Shown one piece after another: positions 50,038 through 59,661 of a stretch of 64,000 nt of DNA (its first letter is position 1; every line of letters begins with the position of its first letter). Position numbers and translations under genes: made by a program. Under the pieces are notes generated by a model that saw only the letters and a list, made by a program, of their open reading frames with translations, did not search any database and was not told the DNA's origin. Origin of the DNA: an uncultured Chloroflexia bacterium (GTDB lineage: Bacteria; Chloroflexota; Limnocylindria; Limnocylindrales; CSP1-4); NCBI GenBank assembly GCA_963713975.1, contig OY970218.1, forward strand, positions 704,001-768,000, in the 5' to 3' direction.

Positions 50038-51926
50038 TTGGCCTCCTGGGTCGCGGAAACGAGCTGCGGAACGACCGTCTCGAGATCGCCCACGACGCCG
50101 AAGTCCGCGTAGTTGAAGATCCGCGCCCGCGGGTCCTTGTTGATCGCGACGACCGTGTCGGACATCTGCATCCCGGACACGTGCTGCACGGCCCCCGAGA
50201 TGCCAACCGCGACGTACAGCTTGGGCGCGACGGTCTGGCCGGTCTGGCCGACCTGGTAGTCGTGGGTCGAGTAGCCGTCCTCGACCGCGTGGCGCGAGGC
50301 CGCCACCTTGGCGCCGTCACCCAGCACGCGTTCCAGCCCCTCGGCGAGCGGGCCGAGCAGGCGCTCGAAGTCCGCCTTGGAGTGGATGCCGTGCCCGCCT
50401 GCCACGATGATCTTGGCGTCGCGGATGCTGACCTTGGAGGTGAACGACTCGACGGGTGTCACGCGAACGCCGTCCGCGGTGTCGCCGAGCTCGGGGGTGA
50501 CCCGGATGATCTCGCCGGTCCGCCTGGGGTCGGGCGCCGGGACCTTGAACACGCCGGGGCGGACCGTCGCCATCTGGGTCGGCGAATCCTTGGTCATGAT
50601 CGTGGCCATGATGTTGCCGCCAAGCGCCGGACGGGTCTGCTTGAGGATGCCGACCAGGTCCTGGGAGCCCTTGGCGTAGTCGCCGATCTCCAGCTTCGTG
50701 CAATCGGCGGTGAGGCCGGAGTCGCAGGCGTACGCGATGCGCGGAGCGAGCTCGCGGCCCATCGGCGTCGCGCCGAACAGCATCACCTGCGGCTTGTGGT
50801 CGCGGACGAGGCCCGCAACAGCCTCCTTGTAGGGCAGCGGGGCGAACTCGGCCAGGCTCGGGTGCTCCACCACGTAGACCACGTCTGCCCCGTGGGCCAC
50901 CAGCTCCGCCGGCAGATCGCCCGCCTCCGCCACCGGCAGGACGGCCACGACGTGCTCGCCCAGGAATGCGGCCAGCTCGCGCGACTTGCCGAGGAGCTCC
51001 AGCGAGACGGACTTGAGGCCGTCGCCGTCGCGCTCCGCGAGGACCCAGAACCCGCCGTGGTAGGTGGGCTCCCGGCCATCGAGCGCATACGCGCCTTCCT
51101 CATGCACCTCCGGTCCGCCGGTCGCCAGGCGGTACTTGGCCTGGACCCTCCGGATCAGCTCTGCCGGGTCGTTGAGCATCTCGCACGTCTTCGCACGGTC
51201 CTCGGACGGCGAGAAGATCCGGTACACCGTGGTCCGGGAGCCCTTGATCCCAACCTTGTCCGGCGTGGCGCCCACGTCGGCGGCGCTCCACGTGTGGATC
51301 GTGGTGGCGCGTGCCGCACGCGCGCTGTGGAAGCTGCGGTACAGGGTGTCCGTGCAGGCAGTGACCGTCACCAGGGCCGGGAAACGGACCGGGACCACGT
51401 CCTCGGTGCCCTGGGCCCCGATCCGCCGGAAGGTGAGCTCCGGGTCCGTGTGCACGTCCTGCGCGTACGCGACCTGGTCGATGCCCAGGTCCTCCGCAAT
51501 CTGGGGCGGAACCTGTGCGGTGTCGCCGTCCACGGACTGCATGCCGGTGACGATCAGGTAGTCGCGACTGCCGTCGAACAGCTCCCGCTCGATGCGGCGG
51601 ATCGCCAGCGCCAGCGAGTAGGCGGTCGCGACCGTGTCGGCACCGCCCATCACGCGGTCGGTGAGCAGGACGGCGTCACCGGGAGCCCTCGAGATGCACT
51701 CGGTGAGGACCTCACGGGCCTGGGGCGGACCCATCGTGAGGTAGACGGTCTTCGCACTCGGGTCGCCGGCGGTGATCCGCCGCGCGAACGAGAGGGCGTG
51801 GAGGTCCAGCGGGTTGAGGATGCTGTCGAGCAGGGCGCGACGGAGCGTTCCCTTCTCGCGGTCCCACGCGTCTTCCGGGATGTTGCTGACGTCCGGGACC
51901 TGCTTGACGAGGACGATGCAGTGCAT
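50034..51926 (-). CDS. Fused electron transfer flavoprotein beta-alpha (EtfB-EtfA / FixA-FixB)
   Basis: N-half: VLVKQVPD, TMGPPQA, ADTVATA, DGDTAQV. C-half: GLTADCT, RPALGGN, QVGQTG, GISGAVQH, AINKD. One uninterrupted frame. Confidence 0.9.
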   Translation of the reverse strand: MHCIVLVKQVPDVSNIPEDAWDREKGTLRRALLDSILNPLDLHALSFARRITAGDPSAKTVYLTMGPPQAREVLTECISRAPGDAVLLTDRVMGGADTVATAYSLALAIRRIERELFDGSRDYLIVTGMQSVDGDTAQVPPQIAEDLGIDQVAYAQDVHTDPELTFRRIGAQGTEDVVPVRFPALVTVTACTDTLYRSFHSARAARATTIHTWSAADVGATPDKVGIKGSRTTVYRIFSPSEDRAKTCEMLNDPAELIRRVQAKYRLATGGPEVHEEGAYALDGREPTYHGGFWVLAERDGDGLKSVSLELLGKSRELAAFLGEHVVAVLPVAEAGDLPAELVAHGADVVYVVEHPSLAEFAPLPYKEAVAGLVRDHKPQVMLFGATPMGRELAPRIAYACDSGLTADCTKLEIGDYAKGSQDLVGILKQTRPALGGNIMATIMTKDSPTQMATVRPGVFKVPAPDPRRTGEIIRVTPELGDTADGVRVTPVESFTSKVSIRDAKIIVAGGHGIHSKADFERLLGPLAEGLERVLGDGAKVAASRHAVEDGYSTHDYQVGQTGQTVAPKLYVAVGISGAVQHVSGMQMSDTVVAINKDPRARIFNYADFGVVGDLETVVPQLVSATQEAK

Positions 51927-52313
51927 TGAGACCTTCAGGCGTGGTGCTCGGACGACGATCGCTCGCCGACCCAGCCGCAGACGGCGTTGAACGGCTCCCG
52001 ACGGGACCTGCCACATGCAGGCGCACCGGTCCCCCTGTACATCACGCCATCGGGCATGGGCCTGGGGACGACACGCAGGAACGTGGGCGAGCTCCGGCGG
52101 TACCGCACCCCAAGCATAGGAAACCTGCCGGTCGGCCGACGGGGCCATTGGTCCCGCAGATCCCGTCCGCCGGCTGCCGCTGGACAGGCACGGCGGCCCA
52201 CGTTTCGAGGTGCAATGGGCCCCGCGGAGTGGCCTGCGGATGCGATCGCGACGGGATAGATTGTTCGGCGAATCGTCGGGACGCAGCGACGGCGTGCAAG
52301 AGGTGACAGGAAC

Positions 52314-53345
52314 GTGGAGACGGTCCCGATCGAGGGAAGCACGACGGATGAGGAGACTCCGAGCCTCATCCTCGCCGACGCGCGGCAGTCGCTGGGTCCG
52401 GCCCAACTGGATGACCTGTTTCCCGAGGGCGACATCTTCCGGAAGTCGCTCGAGACGTTCACCGCTCTCCTCGCGCTGGCCGGGTTCATCGCCGCATTCG
52501 GCCTCTACCAGGACTCGGTCGCCTCCATCATCGGCGCCATGCTCGTGGCGCCGCTGGGCGGCGCGATCATGGCCTTCGCGGCAGCGCTGGTCACCGGCCG
52601 GACGCGCTGGCAGGGGATCACCTTCCTCCAGGTCGCGCTGGGCGGGCTGATGGTCATCGCCATCGGGTTCGTGGTCTCGCTCATCCTGCCCGATCCGCTC
52701 GTGCTCACCCCCGCGCTCGAGGCTCGAACGTCACCGGGCCTGCTCGACCTGGGCGTGGCACTCGCGGCCGGGGCCGCCGGAGCCTGGGTGGCAGTTCGCC
52801 GGACAGGCGTCGACGCGCTGCCGGGGGTGGCCATCGCCGTCTCCCTCGTCCCGCCGCTGGCGACCGTAGGGATCTGTCTCGAGCTGGGCCGCCCCTCGGA
52901 TGCCGCCGGCGCCCTGATCCTGTTTCTCACCAACTTCTCCGCGATCGTCGTGATCGCGTGCGTCGTCTTCGTCCTGTCCGGTGTCACGCCCAGCCGCGAG
53001 ATGCTGCGCGAGCGCCACCGGCTGCGCAACGGGTTCATCGTCGCGGTGGTGGCGCTCGTGATCGTCGCCATCCCGCTGGTCTGGCACTCCATTGGGGTCG
53101 TGCAGAGCACCATCCGGTCCACCCAGGGAGCCCCGCTCGTCCGCGCCTGGATCGGCGGACGGGACCTCAAGGTCGTCTCCTGGTCCATCGACGGTCGCGA
53201 TGTCACCATCGAACTGCAGGGATCCGACCCTCCCGCCGAACCCGGGCCCCTCGCGGCGGCCCTGGCGATCAAGTACGGCTCGCCCGTCAGCCTCGAGATC
53301 ACGTACGTGCCGACGGTGCGCGAGTCGGCGACGGCAGCACCATAG
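52314..53345 (+). CDS. DUF389 family membrane protein
   Basis: IIGAMLVAPL and LPGVAIAVSLVPPL motifs. Confidence 0.85.
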   Translation: METVPIEGSTTDEETPSLILADARQSLGPAQLDDLFPEGDIFRKSLETFTALLALAGFIAAFGLYQDSVASIIGAMLVAPLGGAIMAFAAALVTGRTRWQGITFLQVALGGLMVIAIGFVVSLILPDPLVLTPALEARTSPGLLDLGVALAAGAAGAWVAVRRTGVDALPGVAIAVSLVPPLATVGICLELGRPSDAAGALILFLTNFSAIVVIACVVFVLSGVTPSREMLRERHRLRNGFIVAVVALVIVAIPLVWHSIGVVQSTIRSTQGAPLVRAWIGGRDLKVVSWSIDGRDVTIELQGSDPPAEPGPLAAALAIKYGSPVSLEITYVPTVRESATAAP

Positions 53346-53412
53346 GTTCGCGGCCAGTCGCTACGATGGCTGCTGCCCCTTCGAGGGCCCGGCAGGAGGA
53401 GAATCCGCAGCG

Positions 53413-54246
53413 ATGACCGCCCAGGCGCCGATCCTGCGCGAGCACGGCAACTCGTACAACATCTTCATCCTGGTCCTGACGATCTTCTCGCTGGCCATCA
53501 TGGTCGTGCTCCTGCTGCCCCTGGACCAGGACACACGGGACCTCGTCAATCTCTACGACAACATCATCTGCGTGATCTTCCTCGCAGACTTCGCCTTCAA
53601 CCTGGCCGGGGCGAAGCCGAAGCGCGCGTACTTCGTCGGCCAGCGGGGCTGGCTCGACCTGTTGGGCTCGATCCCGAGCATCGGCGTCTTCCAGCTGGGG
53701 GCGCTCCTGCGCCTAGCCCGGCTCAGCCGGCTGGCCCGGATCACCCGCCTGCTGCGGGGCCAGGCCGGTAAGGATCTCGTCCTCGACGTCCTCCACAACC
53801 GCGGCCAGTACGCGACGTTCATCACGATCCTGCTGGCAGGGATGGTCCTGTCGGTGGCGAGCGTCATGGTGCTGCAGTTCGAGAGCAAGGACCCCAACGC
53901 CAACATCCTGACCGGCGGAGATGCGATCTGGTGGGGCATCGTGACGATCACCACGGTGGGCTACGGCGACTTCTACCCTGTCACCGAGCTGGGGCGGCTG
54001 ACGGCAGTGTTCGTCATGGTCGCCGGCATCGGCATCATCGGTGCCCTGGCCAGCATCCTCGCCAGCCTGCTGGTCTCGCCGTCAGACACAGCGAAACCGG
54101 AGCCTGAGACTGGCACTGCGCCTGCCGACGAACCCGCCCCTGCTGCGCTCGACCCGGCCTCGACGGCCGCGATTGCCGAGGAGCTTGCCGGCCTGCGCGC
54201 CGAGATCGCGGACCTTCGCGCCTCGCTCGGCGCCCGCCAGGCCTGA
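53413..54246 (+). CDS. Voltage-gated-type potassium channel (6TM)
   Basis: S4-like LRLARLSRLARITR and selectivity filter TTVGYGD. SD AGGAGG. Confidence 0.92.
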   Translation: MTAQAPILREHGNSYNIFILVLTIFSLAIMVVLLLPLDQDTRDLVNLYDNIICVIFLADFAFNLAGAKPKRAYFVGQRGWLDLLGSIPSIGVFQLGALLRLARLSRLARITRLLRGQAGKDLVLDVLHNRGQYATFITILLAGMVLSVASVMVLQFESKDPNANILTGGDAIWWGIVTITTVGYGDFYPVTELGRLTAVFVMVAGIGIIGALASILASLLVSPSDTAKPEPETGTAPADEPAPAALDPASTAAIAEELAGLRAEIADLRASLGARQA

Positions 54247-54267
54247 TCGGATCATCGGGAGGCCGTC

Positions 54268-54534
54268 ATGACCGGGAAGACCCGCGCTGCCGGGGAAGCA
54301 GCCAGCCACTCCGGTGGCGCCGAGCGGGCGCCCGTCACGGTGGCGCTCGTGTGCCCGAAGTGCCATGGCGCCATGAGGACGTACCACCGGAGCGGGATCA
54401 CCGTCGAGCTCTGCGAGGACTGCCGCGGGATCTTCCTTGATCGCGGGGAGCTGGAGCGCCTGATCGACACCGAGGGTGGAGGCTGGTCGGGCATCCTGGC
54501 CGAGCCCGGCGAGCCGGACGAACCGGCCGGCTGA
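54268..54534 (+). CDS. zf-TFIIB-type zinc-ribbon protein
   Basis: CPKC..M...CEDCRGIFLDRGELERL. SD GGAGG. Confidence 0.82.
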   Translation: MTGKTRAAGEAASHSGGAERAPVTVALVCPKCHGAMRTYHRSGITVELCEDCRGIFLDRGELERLIDTEGGGWSGILAEPGEPDEPAG

Positions 54535-54584
54535 CATGCCGCCCGGGCCGCCGAGCACGCGATTGCGTGGGCTACCCTGTCGGG

Positions 54585-55574
54585 GTGACCCCTTCCGCCG
54601 GCACTCGTGGCGTGACGCCGTCGGCGGTGCACAGCCGGTCGGCCGCACTGACCCTGCTGTTCCTGCTGGCGATCGTCTGGGGCGTCCACTGGGCGGTCGT
54701 CAAGCGCGGCCTGGACTACATGCCGCCGCTCCAGTACGCAGCGCTGCGGCTGATCGCGGGGCTGCTCACGATGATCGCCATCCTGGGTGTCCAGCGGCGG
54801 ATCCGACTCCCGCCGCGCTCCGACGTGCCGATCATCCTGTCGGTGGGGATCGCCCAGATCGGTGCCGGCGTGCTGATCATGAACCTGGCGCTCCAGGCGG
54901 TGCCCGCAGGGCGCTCCTCGGTCCTGCTGTACGCGATGCCGCTGTGGGTGGCGGTGCTGCTGTGGCTGTTCTTCCGGATCCGGCCAAGACGCAACGAATC
55001 GATCGGGCTGATGCTGGGGCTCGGCGGCATCCTGGTCCTCGTCAACCCTACGGTGATCGACTGGGGCGTCCCCGCCGAGCTGCTCGGGACGCTGGCGCTG
55101 GTCTTCAACGCCATCCTCTGGGCCGGGGTCACCATCCACATCCGGCGTCACGCCTGGGCATCGAGGCCACTGGACCTCCAGCCGTGGATGCTCCTGGTCG
55201 CGCTGATCCCGGTGGCGGTTGCCGCACTGCTGCTGGAGCCGGGGCGGGAGATCACCTGGGGGCTTCCCACCATCCTGATCCTGCTCTACAGCGGGCCACT
55301 CGCGACCGCGTTCGCCAACTGGGCGAGCCAGTCCATCACGCGCTCACTGGGACCGCTGACCTCGGCCATGGGCTTCCTGGCGATCCCGATCGTGGGGCTG
55401 GTTGCCGGTGCGGTGTTCCTGCAGGAATCGCTGGGCCCGATCGACATCGCTGGATTCGTGCTCGTCCTCGCCGGGATCGCGGCCACGTCGCTGGTCCCAC
55501 CTCCGGCCACGCCGGTCGCCGGCGGAGCGACGACGCCGAGCGAGCAGGAGGAGATCGTGACCACGAGGGCCTAG
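54585..55574 (+). CDS. EamA/DMT family transporter
   Basis: IVWG..W, PP....ALR and ~10 TM segments in two repeats. Start uncertain (54585 or 54612). Confidence 0.88.
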   Translation: MTPSAGTRGVTPSAVHSRSAALTLLFLLAIVWGVHWAVVKRGLDYMPPLQYAALRLIAGLLTMIAILGVQRRIRLPPRSDVPIILSVGIAQIGAGVLIMNLALQAVPAGRSSVLLYAMPLWVAVLLWLFFRIRPRRNESIGLMLGLGGILVLVNPTVIDWGVPAELLGTLALVFNAILWAGVTIHIRRHAWASRPLDLQPWMLLVALIPVAVAALLLEPGREITWGLPTILILLYSGPLATAFANWASQSITRSLGPLTSAMGFLAIPIVGLVAGAVFLQESLGPIDIAGFVLVLAGIAATSLVPPPATPVAGGATTPSEQEEIVTTRA

Positions 55575-55580
55575 CAAAGG

Positions 55581-55733
55581 CGCTGGGCGGCCTAACCGTC
55601 GGGTGCGGCGCCGTTTTCGCCGCCTGGCGGCACGCCTGTCGGCTGGGGGCGCCATGAAGGCGACGAACGTCCCGCTGGGCGGTTGATCCGACGGCTGACC
55701 CGATCGTAGAACCGCTGGGCGGCGTAGATGGGG
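55581..55733 (-). repeat. Dispersed ~155-bp intergenic element, copy 2
   Basis: Homologous to 38825-38979. Contains CGCTGGGCGG at 55581, 55673 and 55713. Confidence 0.75.
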
Positions 55734-55755
55734 CGCCTGGCCGACCCACCGACGG

Positions 55756-56877
55756 CTAGCGGGCGATGCGGGCCCCGCCGCCCCGCATGACCTGCTCGAC
55801 CTCGGCGCGGGTGGCCATTGACGTGTCGCCGGGCGTGGTCATCGCCAGGGCACCGTGCGCGGCCCCGTACTCCACCGCCGCCTGCGGGCCGAGCCCCTCG
55901 AGGAACCCGAAGATGAGGCCCGAGGCGAAGGAATCGCCGCCACCGACACGGTCCAGGATCTCCAGACCCTCGCGCGTCGGGGCCTCGTGGAGCGTCCCGT
56001 CCGCCCAGCACACCGCGCCCCAGTCGTTGCGCGTCGCCGTGCGCGCGGTGCGCAGCGTGGTCGCGATGATGCGGAGGTCTGGGTAGGCCGTCGCGACCTG
56101 CCCGATCATGCGCCCGAAGCTTGCCTGGTCCAGGGCGGAAGGGTTGGCGTCCAGGGCGGAAGGGCTGGCGTCCAGCTCGCCGACCTCGAAGCCGAGCGCC
56201 GTCGTGAAGTCCTCCTCGTTGCCCAGCAGGACATCCACGAGCCCCACGAGCTCACGGTTGACCTCGCGTGCGCGTGCCTGGCCACCGATCCCCGCCCACA
56301 GCGACGGCCGGTAGTTGAGGTCGTACGAGACGATCACCCCGTGTCGTCGGGCCGCCTCCATCGCCTCCCGGGCCACGGCCGCGGTCGTATCCGACAGCCC
56401 GGCGAAGATGCCGCCGGTGTGGAACCAACGCGCCCCCTGCTCCCCGAACACGGCGTCCCAGTCCACGCTGCCGGGCCGCAGCTGCGAGGCGGCCGTGTGA
56501 CCCCGGTCCGACACGCCGAGCCCGGCCCGGACGCCGAACCCGCGCTCGGTGAAGTTGAGCCCGTTGCGCACGGAACGCCCGATCCCGTCGTACGTCATCC
56601 AGCGCACGAGCGACTGGTCCACGCCGCCCTGCCGGATGAGGTCCTCGATCAGGCGGCCGACGGCGTTGTCGGCCAGCGCGGTCACGACCGCCGCACGCAT
56701 CCCGAAACAGCGGACCAGACCCCGGGCGACGTTGTACTCGCCGCCGCCCTCCCAGGCCGTGAAGTGGCGCGTGGTCGCGATCCGGCCCTCGCCCGGATCG
56801 AGCCGCAGCATGACCTCGCCCAGCGCGACGAGATCCCAGCGCGTGGACCCGGCGGGCCGGATCTCGAGCGACGCCAT
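55756..56877 (-). CDS. kdgK: PfkB-family sugar kinase, 2-keto-3-deoxygluconate kinase type
   Basis: LGEVMLRLDP, GGGEYNVA, YDLNYRPSLW, GNEED and DRVGGGDSF. Confidence 0.8.
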   Translation of the reverse strand: MASLEIRPAGSTRWDLVALGEVMLRLDPGEGRIATTRHFTAWEGGGEYNVARGLVRCFGMRAAVVTALADNAVGRLIEDLIRQGGVDQSLVRWMTYDGIGRSVRNGLNFTERGFGVRAGLGVSDRGHTAASQLRPGSVDWDAVFGEQGARWFHTGGIFAGLSDTTAAVAREAMEAARRHGVIVSYDLNYRPSLWAGIGGQARAREVNRELVGLVDVLLGNEEDFTTALGFEVGELDASPSALDANPSALDQASFGRMIGQVATAYPDLRIIATTLRTARTATRNDWGAVCWADGTLHEAPTREGLEILDRVGGGDSFASGLIFGFLEGLGPQAAVEYGAAHGALAMTTPGDTSMATRAEVEQVMRGGGARIAR

Positions 56878-56885
56878 CGGCCGGC

Positions 56886-57296
56886 CTAGACCTTGCGGTC
56901 CGACTCGTCGGTCTCGTCGAAGCGCTTGTGCATCATCGCGAGGGACGGGTCCGGGCCCTTGAAGCCGACGAGGTACTCCAGGCGGATCGGCGCAAACGCC
57001 TCGTAGAACACGACATCCTCGTCGCCCAGCTGGCGGAACGCGTGGACCCAGTTGGACGGGATGATCAGGATCGAGCCCGGACCAACCTCGCGCTCCTCGT
57101 CGGCGACCTTCGACCATAGCCGCCCGGACTCGACGAGCATGATCTGCTCCGCCTCGTGGCTGTGCTCGGGAATGACCACGCCACCCTGGTACACGATCCG
57201 GGTGACCATCACCTTCTCGCCGGACACCGTCTGGCGCAGGACGCCCTTGACGTACTCGACCGTCGGGAACTCGTCCCAGGTCGTGATCTGGCTCAT
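56886..57296 (-). CDS. Cupin domain protein
   Basis: PEHSHEAEQ...G...IPSNWVH metal-binding motifs. ATGA overlap with the upstream gene. Confidence 0.88.
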   Translation of the reverse strand: MSQITTWDEFPTVEYVKGVLRQTVSGEKVMVTRIVYQGGVVIPEHSHEAEQIMLVESGRLWSKVADEEREVGPGSILIIPSNWVHAFRQLGDEDVVFYEAFAPIRLEYLVGFKGPDPSLAMMHKRFDETDESDRKV

Positions 57297-58312
57297 GCGG
57301 TTCCCTCCCGGGCGGTGGCGCGGGCGTCGAGCCCGCGGAGGATGGCCTCGGGCGTGACGGGCAACGTGTCCACCCGGACGCCACAAGCGTGGTAGATGGC
57401 ATTGACGATGGCGGGGATCGGCGAGTTGGCGGTCATCTCGCCGACGCCCTTGGCGCCGTAGGGCCCGTTGGCCGAGGGCACCTCGAGGACGACGCTCTCG
57501 ATCTGGGGGAGCTCCGCTGGCCCCGGCATCAGGTACTCCGCGAAGTCCTTGGGGCTGTGGTCCCTTACCGGGTAGTACGGCTCCGTGGTCTCGTACAGGG
57601 CGTGGGACAGGCCCATCCAGGCGCCCCCGGTGATCTGGCCCTGCACCAGCGCCGGGTTCATCTGGCGGCCCACCTCGTACGCGCTCCGGATGCTGAGCAC
57701 CGCGACCTCCCCGGTCTCGGTGTCAACCTCCACCTCGGCGACCGTGCAGGCATAGGCCTGGGTGGAGTCGGGGTCCATCGCACCCGTCTCCGGGTCCACC
57801 ACGCTCCGTGGCTTCATGAAGGCGCCGCGCCCGGCGATCGTGCGGCCGTACTGGAACTGGGCCCGCGACGCAAGGTCGGCGATGCCCAGGCGCTTGCTGG
57901 GCGACCCGGTCACCACGATCCCACCCTCGCCGTCGAGCACGAGATCGCTGACCGAGACCTCGAGCTCCTCGGACGCCAGCTGCAGGAAGGCGTCCCGCGC
58001 CTCGATGGCCGCGGCCTTGACCGCGTTCCCCACCCGGTGGGTGCCGCGACTCGCGAACGTGCCCATGCAGTGGGGACCCGTGTCCGTGTCGGCGGTGTCG
58101 ATCACGATCTGGTCATAGCCCACGCCGAGGGTCTCGGCCGCGATCTGGGCGACGACGGTCTTGAGCCCCTGGCCGAGATCCACCGACGACAAGGACACGT
58201 TGAACGAGCCGCTCGTGGTGGCATGGACCAGCGCCTGGGTGGGATCGCCGCCGAGGTTCATGCCGGTCGGGTAGTTGACGGCGGCCATGCCGGTGCCGCG
58301 CAGCTTCGCCAC
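57293..58312 (-). CDS. Xanthine dehydrogenase family Mo-binding subunit, C-terminal half (medium subunit)
   Basis: DLGQG, TFASRG, EVEVDTETGEV and GAKGVGE. GTG 58312 after GGAGG. Confidence 0.88.
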   Translation of the reverse strand: MAKLRGTGMAAVNYPTGMNLGGDPTQALVHATTSGSFNVSLSSVDLGQGLKTVVAQIAAETLGVGYDQIVIDTADTDTGPHCMGTFASRGTHRVGNAVKAAAIEARDAFLQLASEELEVSVSDLVLDGEGGIVVTGSPSKRLGIADLASRAQFQYGRTIAGRGAFMKPRSVVDPETGAMDPDSTQAYACTVAEVEVDTETGEVAVLSIRSAYEVGRQMNPALVQGQITGGAWMGLSHALYETTEPYYPVRDHSPKDFAEYLMPGPAELPQIESVVLEVPSANGPYGAKGVGEMTANSPIPAIVNAIYHACGVRVDTLPVTPEAILRGLDARATAREGTA

Positions 58313-58314
58313 GG

Positions 58315-59661
58315 TCAGCGCCCTCCTTCCTGAACGGCGCGCGGCGCGGACGTCATGGCCCGGAGCTCGGCCGGCAGCTCGTGGCCGACGAGGGCCGCGG
58401 CCGCCTGCATCGTCTCGATCAGGGTCGCGTCCGCGGTCGCTTTGCGGTGCGGCTTGATGTCCCCATTGTGGTGCGCGTTCCGGAACCGGACGGTCCACGG
58501 GTCCAGGCCCACGCGCTCCGCGATCCTGTCCATCTGCACCTCGATCGCGAAGCTGCCCATCGTGACGCCGAAGCCGCGCATCGCCGACGTCGGGGTGCGG
58601 TTGGTGTAGATGCAGTAGCCGTCGATCGACACGTGGGGGATCCGGTACGGCCCTGCCGCGTTGGCGGCGAACTTGGTGACCGCGTACGGCGTCTGGCGGC
58701 TGTACGCGCCGCAGTCCATATATCCGGTGACCTTGCGCGCGACGATGGTCCCGTCGGCCATCACGCCATCCCGGTAGCGCAGGATCTCCGCGCTGCGAGT
58801 GGAGCTGACCTGCATCTCCTCCTGGCGACCGTAGACGTACCGGACGGGCCGCCCGGTCTTCATCACGCCGAGGGTGGCAAGCGGCTCCACGATGACGTCC
58901 ACCTTGCCGCCGAAGCCACCACCCACCATGCCGCCGATGAAGCGGAGCCGGTTGGCGGGGACCTGGAGGATGATCGTGGTGTTGTCGAGGCTGAAGTACA
59001 GCGCCTGGGTGTTGGTGTAGACGGTGAACCGGCCGTTGGGCTCGGGGACGGCGATGCAGCCCGTGGTCTCGAGCGGCGCCTGCTCGATGGGGCTCGTGCG
59101 GTACTCGCCCTCCACGATGTGGTCGGCCATCGCAAAGCCCGCCTCCACGTCGCCGTAGCGGACGCGTCGGCAGGGGTGGCCCTCGTACATGAACGTGTTG
59201 TTGCCCCAGTGGGTCACGATCGGGGCGCCGGGCTTGAGCGCCTCCTCCATGTCGAAGACCGCGGGCAGCTCCTCGAGGTCGAGGCGAACAGCGGCGACCG
59301 CCTCGTGGGCGGCGGCCTCGGTCTCGGCGAGGATCGCGACGATCGGCTCGCCCTTGTAGCGGACGCGGTCGACCGGGAGGACGAACTCCTCCTCGGGCTC
59401 CACGCCGATCAGCCCCAGGATGGTGTAGACGTTGTGCGGGACGTCCTCGTGGGTCAGCGCGCGCACGAAGCCCGGGACGCGCTCCGCCTCGGAGAGGTCG
59501 ATGCCCCGGATCCGCGCGTGATGGAGCGGGCTGCGCACCATCTTGAGGTGGAGCATCCGCGGGAACGTGAGGTCGGCGCTGTACTTGGCGCGCCCGGTGA
59601 CGAAGCCGACGCCGTCGCTGCGCTCGACCGACTGGCCGACGACGTGGAGGTCGCTGGTCAT
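58315..59661 (-). CDS. Xanthine dehydrogenase family Mo-binding subunit, N-terminal half (large subunit)
   Basis: TGRAKY, RSPLHHARI, TNTQ, GGGFGGK, GPYRIP and SAMRGFG. Confidence 0.9.
   Translation of the reverse strand: MTSDLHVVGQSVERSDGVGFVTGRAKYSADLTFPRMLHLKMVRSPLHHARIRGIDLSEAERVPGFVRALTHEDVPHNVYTILGLIGVEPEEEFVLPVDRVRYKGEPIVAILAETEAAAHEAVAAVRLDLEELPAVFDMEEALKPGAPIVTHWGNNTFMYEGHPCRRVRYGDVEAGFAMADHIVEGEYRTSPIEQAPLETTGCIAVPEPNGRFTVYTNTQALYFSLDNTTIILQVPANRLRFIGGMVGGGFGGKVDVIVEPLATLGVMKTGRPVRYVYGRQEEMQVSSTRSAEILRYRDGVMADGTIVARKVTGYMDCGAYSRQTPYAVTKFAANAAGPYRIPHVSIDGYCIYTNRTPTSAMRGFGVTMGSFAIEVQMDRIAERVGLDPWTVRFRNAHHNGDIKPHRKATADATLIETMQAAAALVGHELPAELRAMTSAPRAVQEGGR

Noticed and set aside
55581-55722. 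Mini-CRISPR from three CGCTGGGCGG repeats
   Set aside because: The repeats are only 10 bp, spacing is irregular (92 and 40 bp), and there are no cas genes. Treated as part of the dispersed element instead.
58312-58317. Selenocysteine readthrough or frameshift pseudogene joining the two Mo subunits
   Set aside because: The downstream half is in a different frame and has its own strong SD and GTG start. Split large subunits are known in this family.
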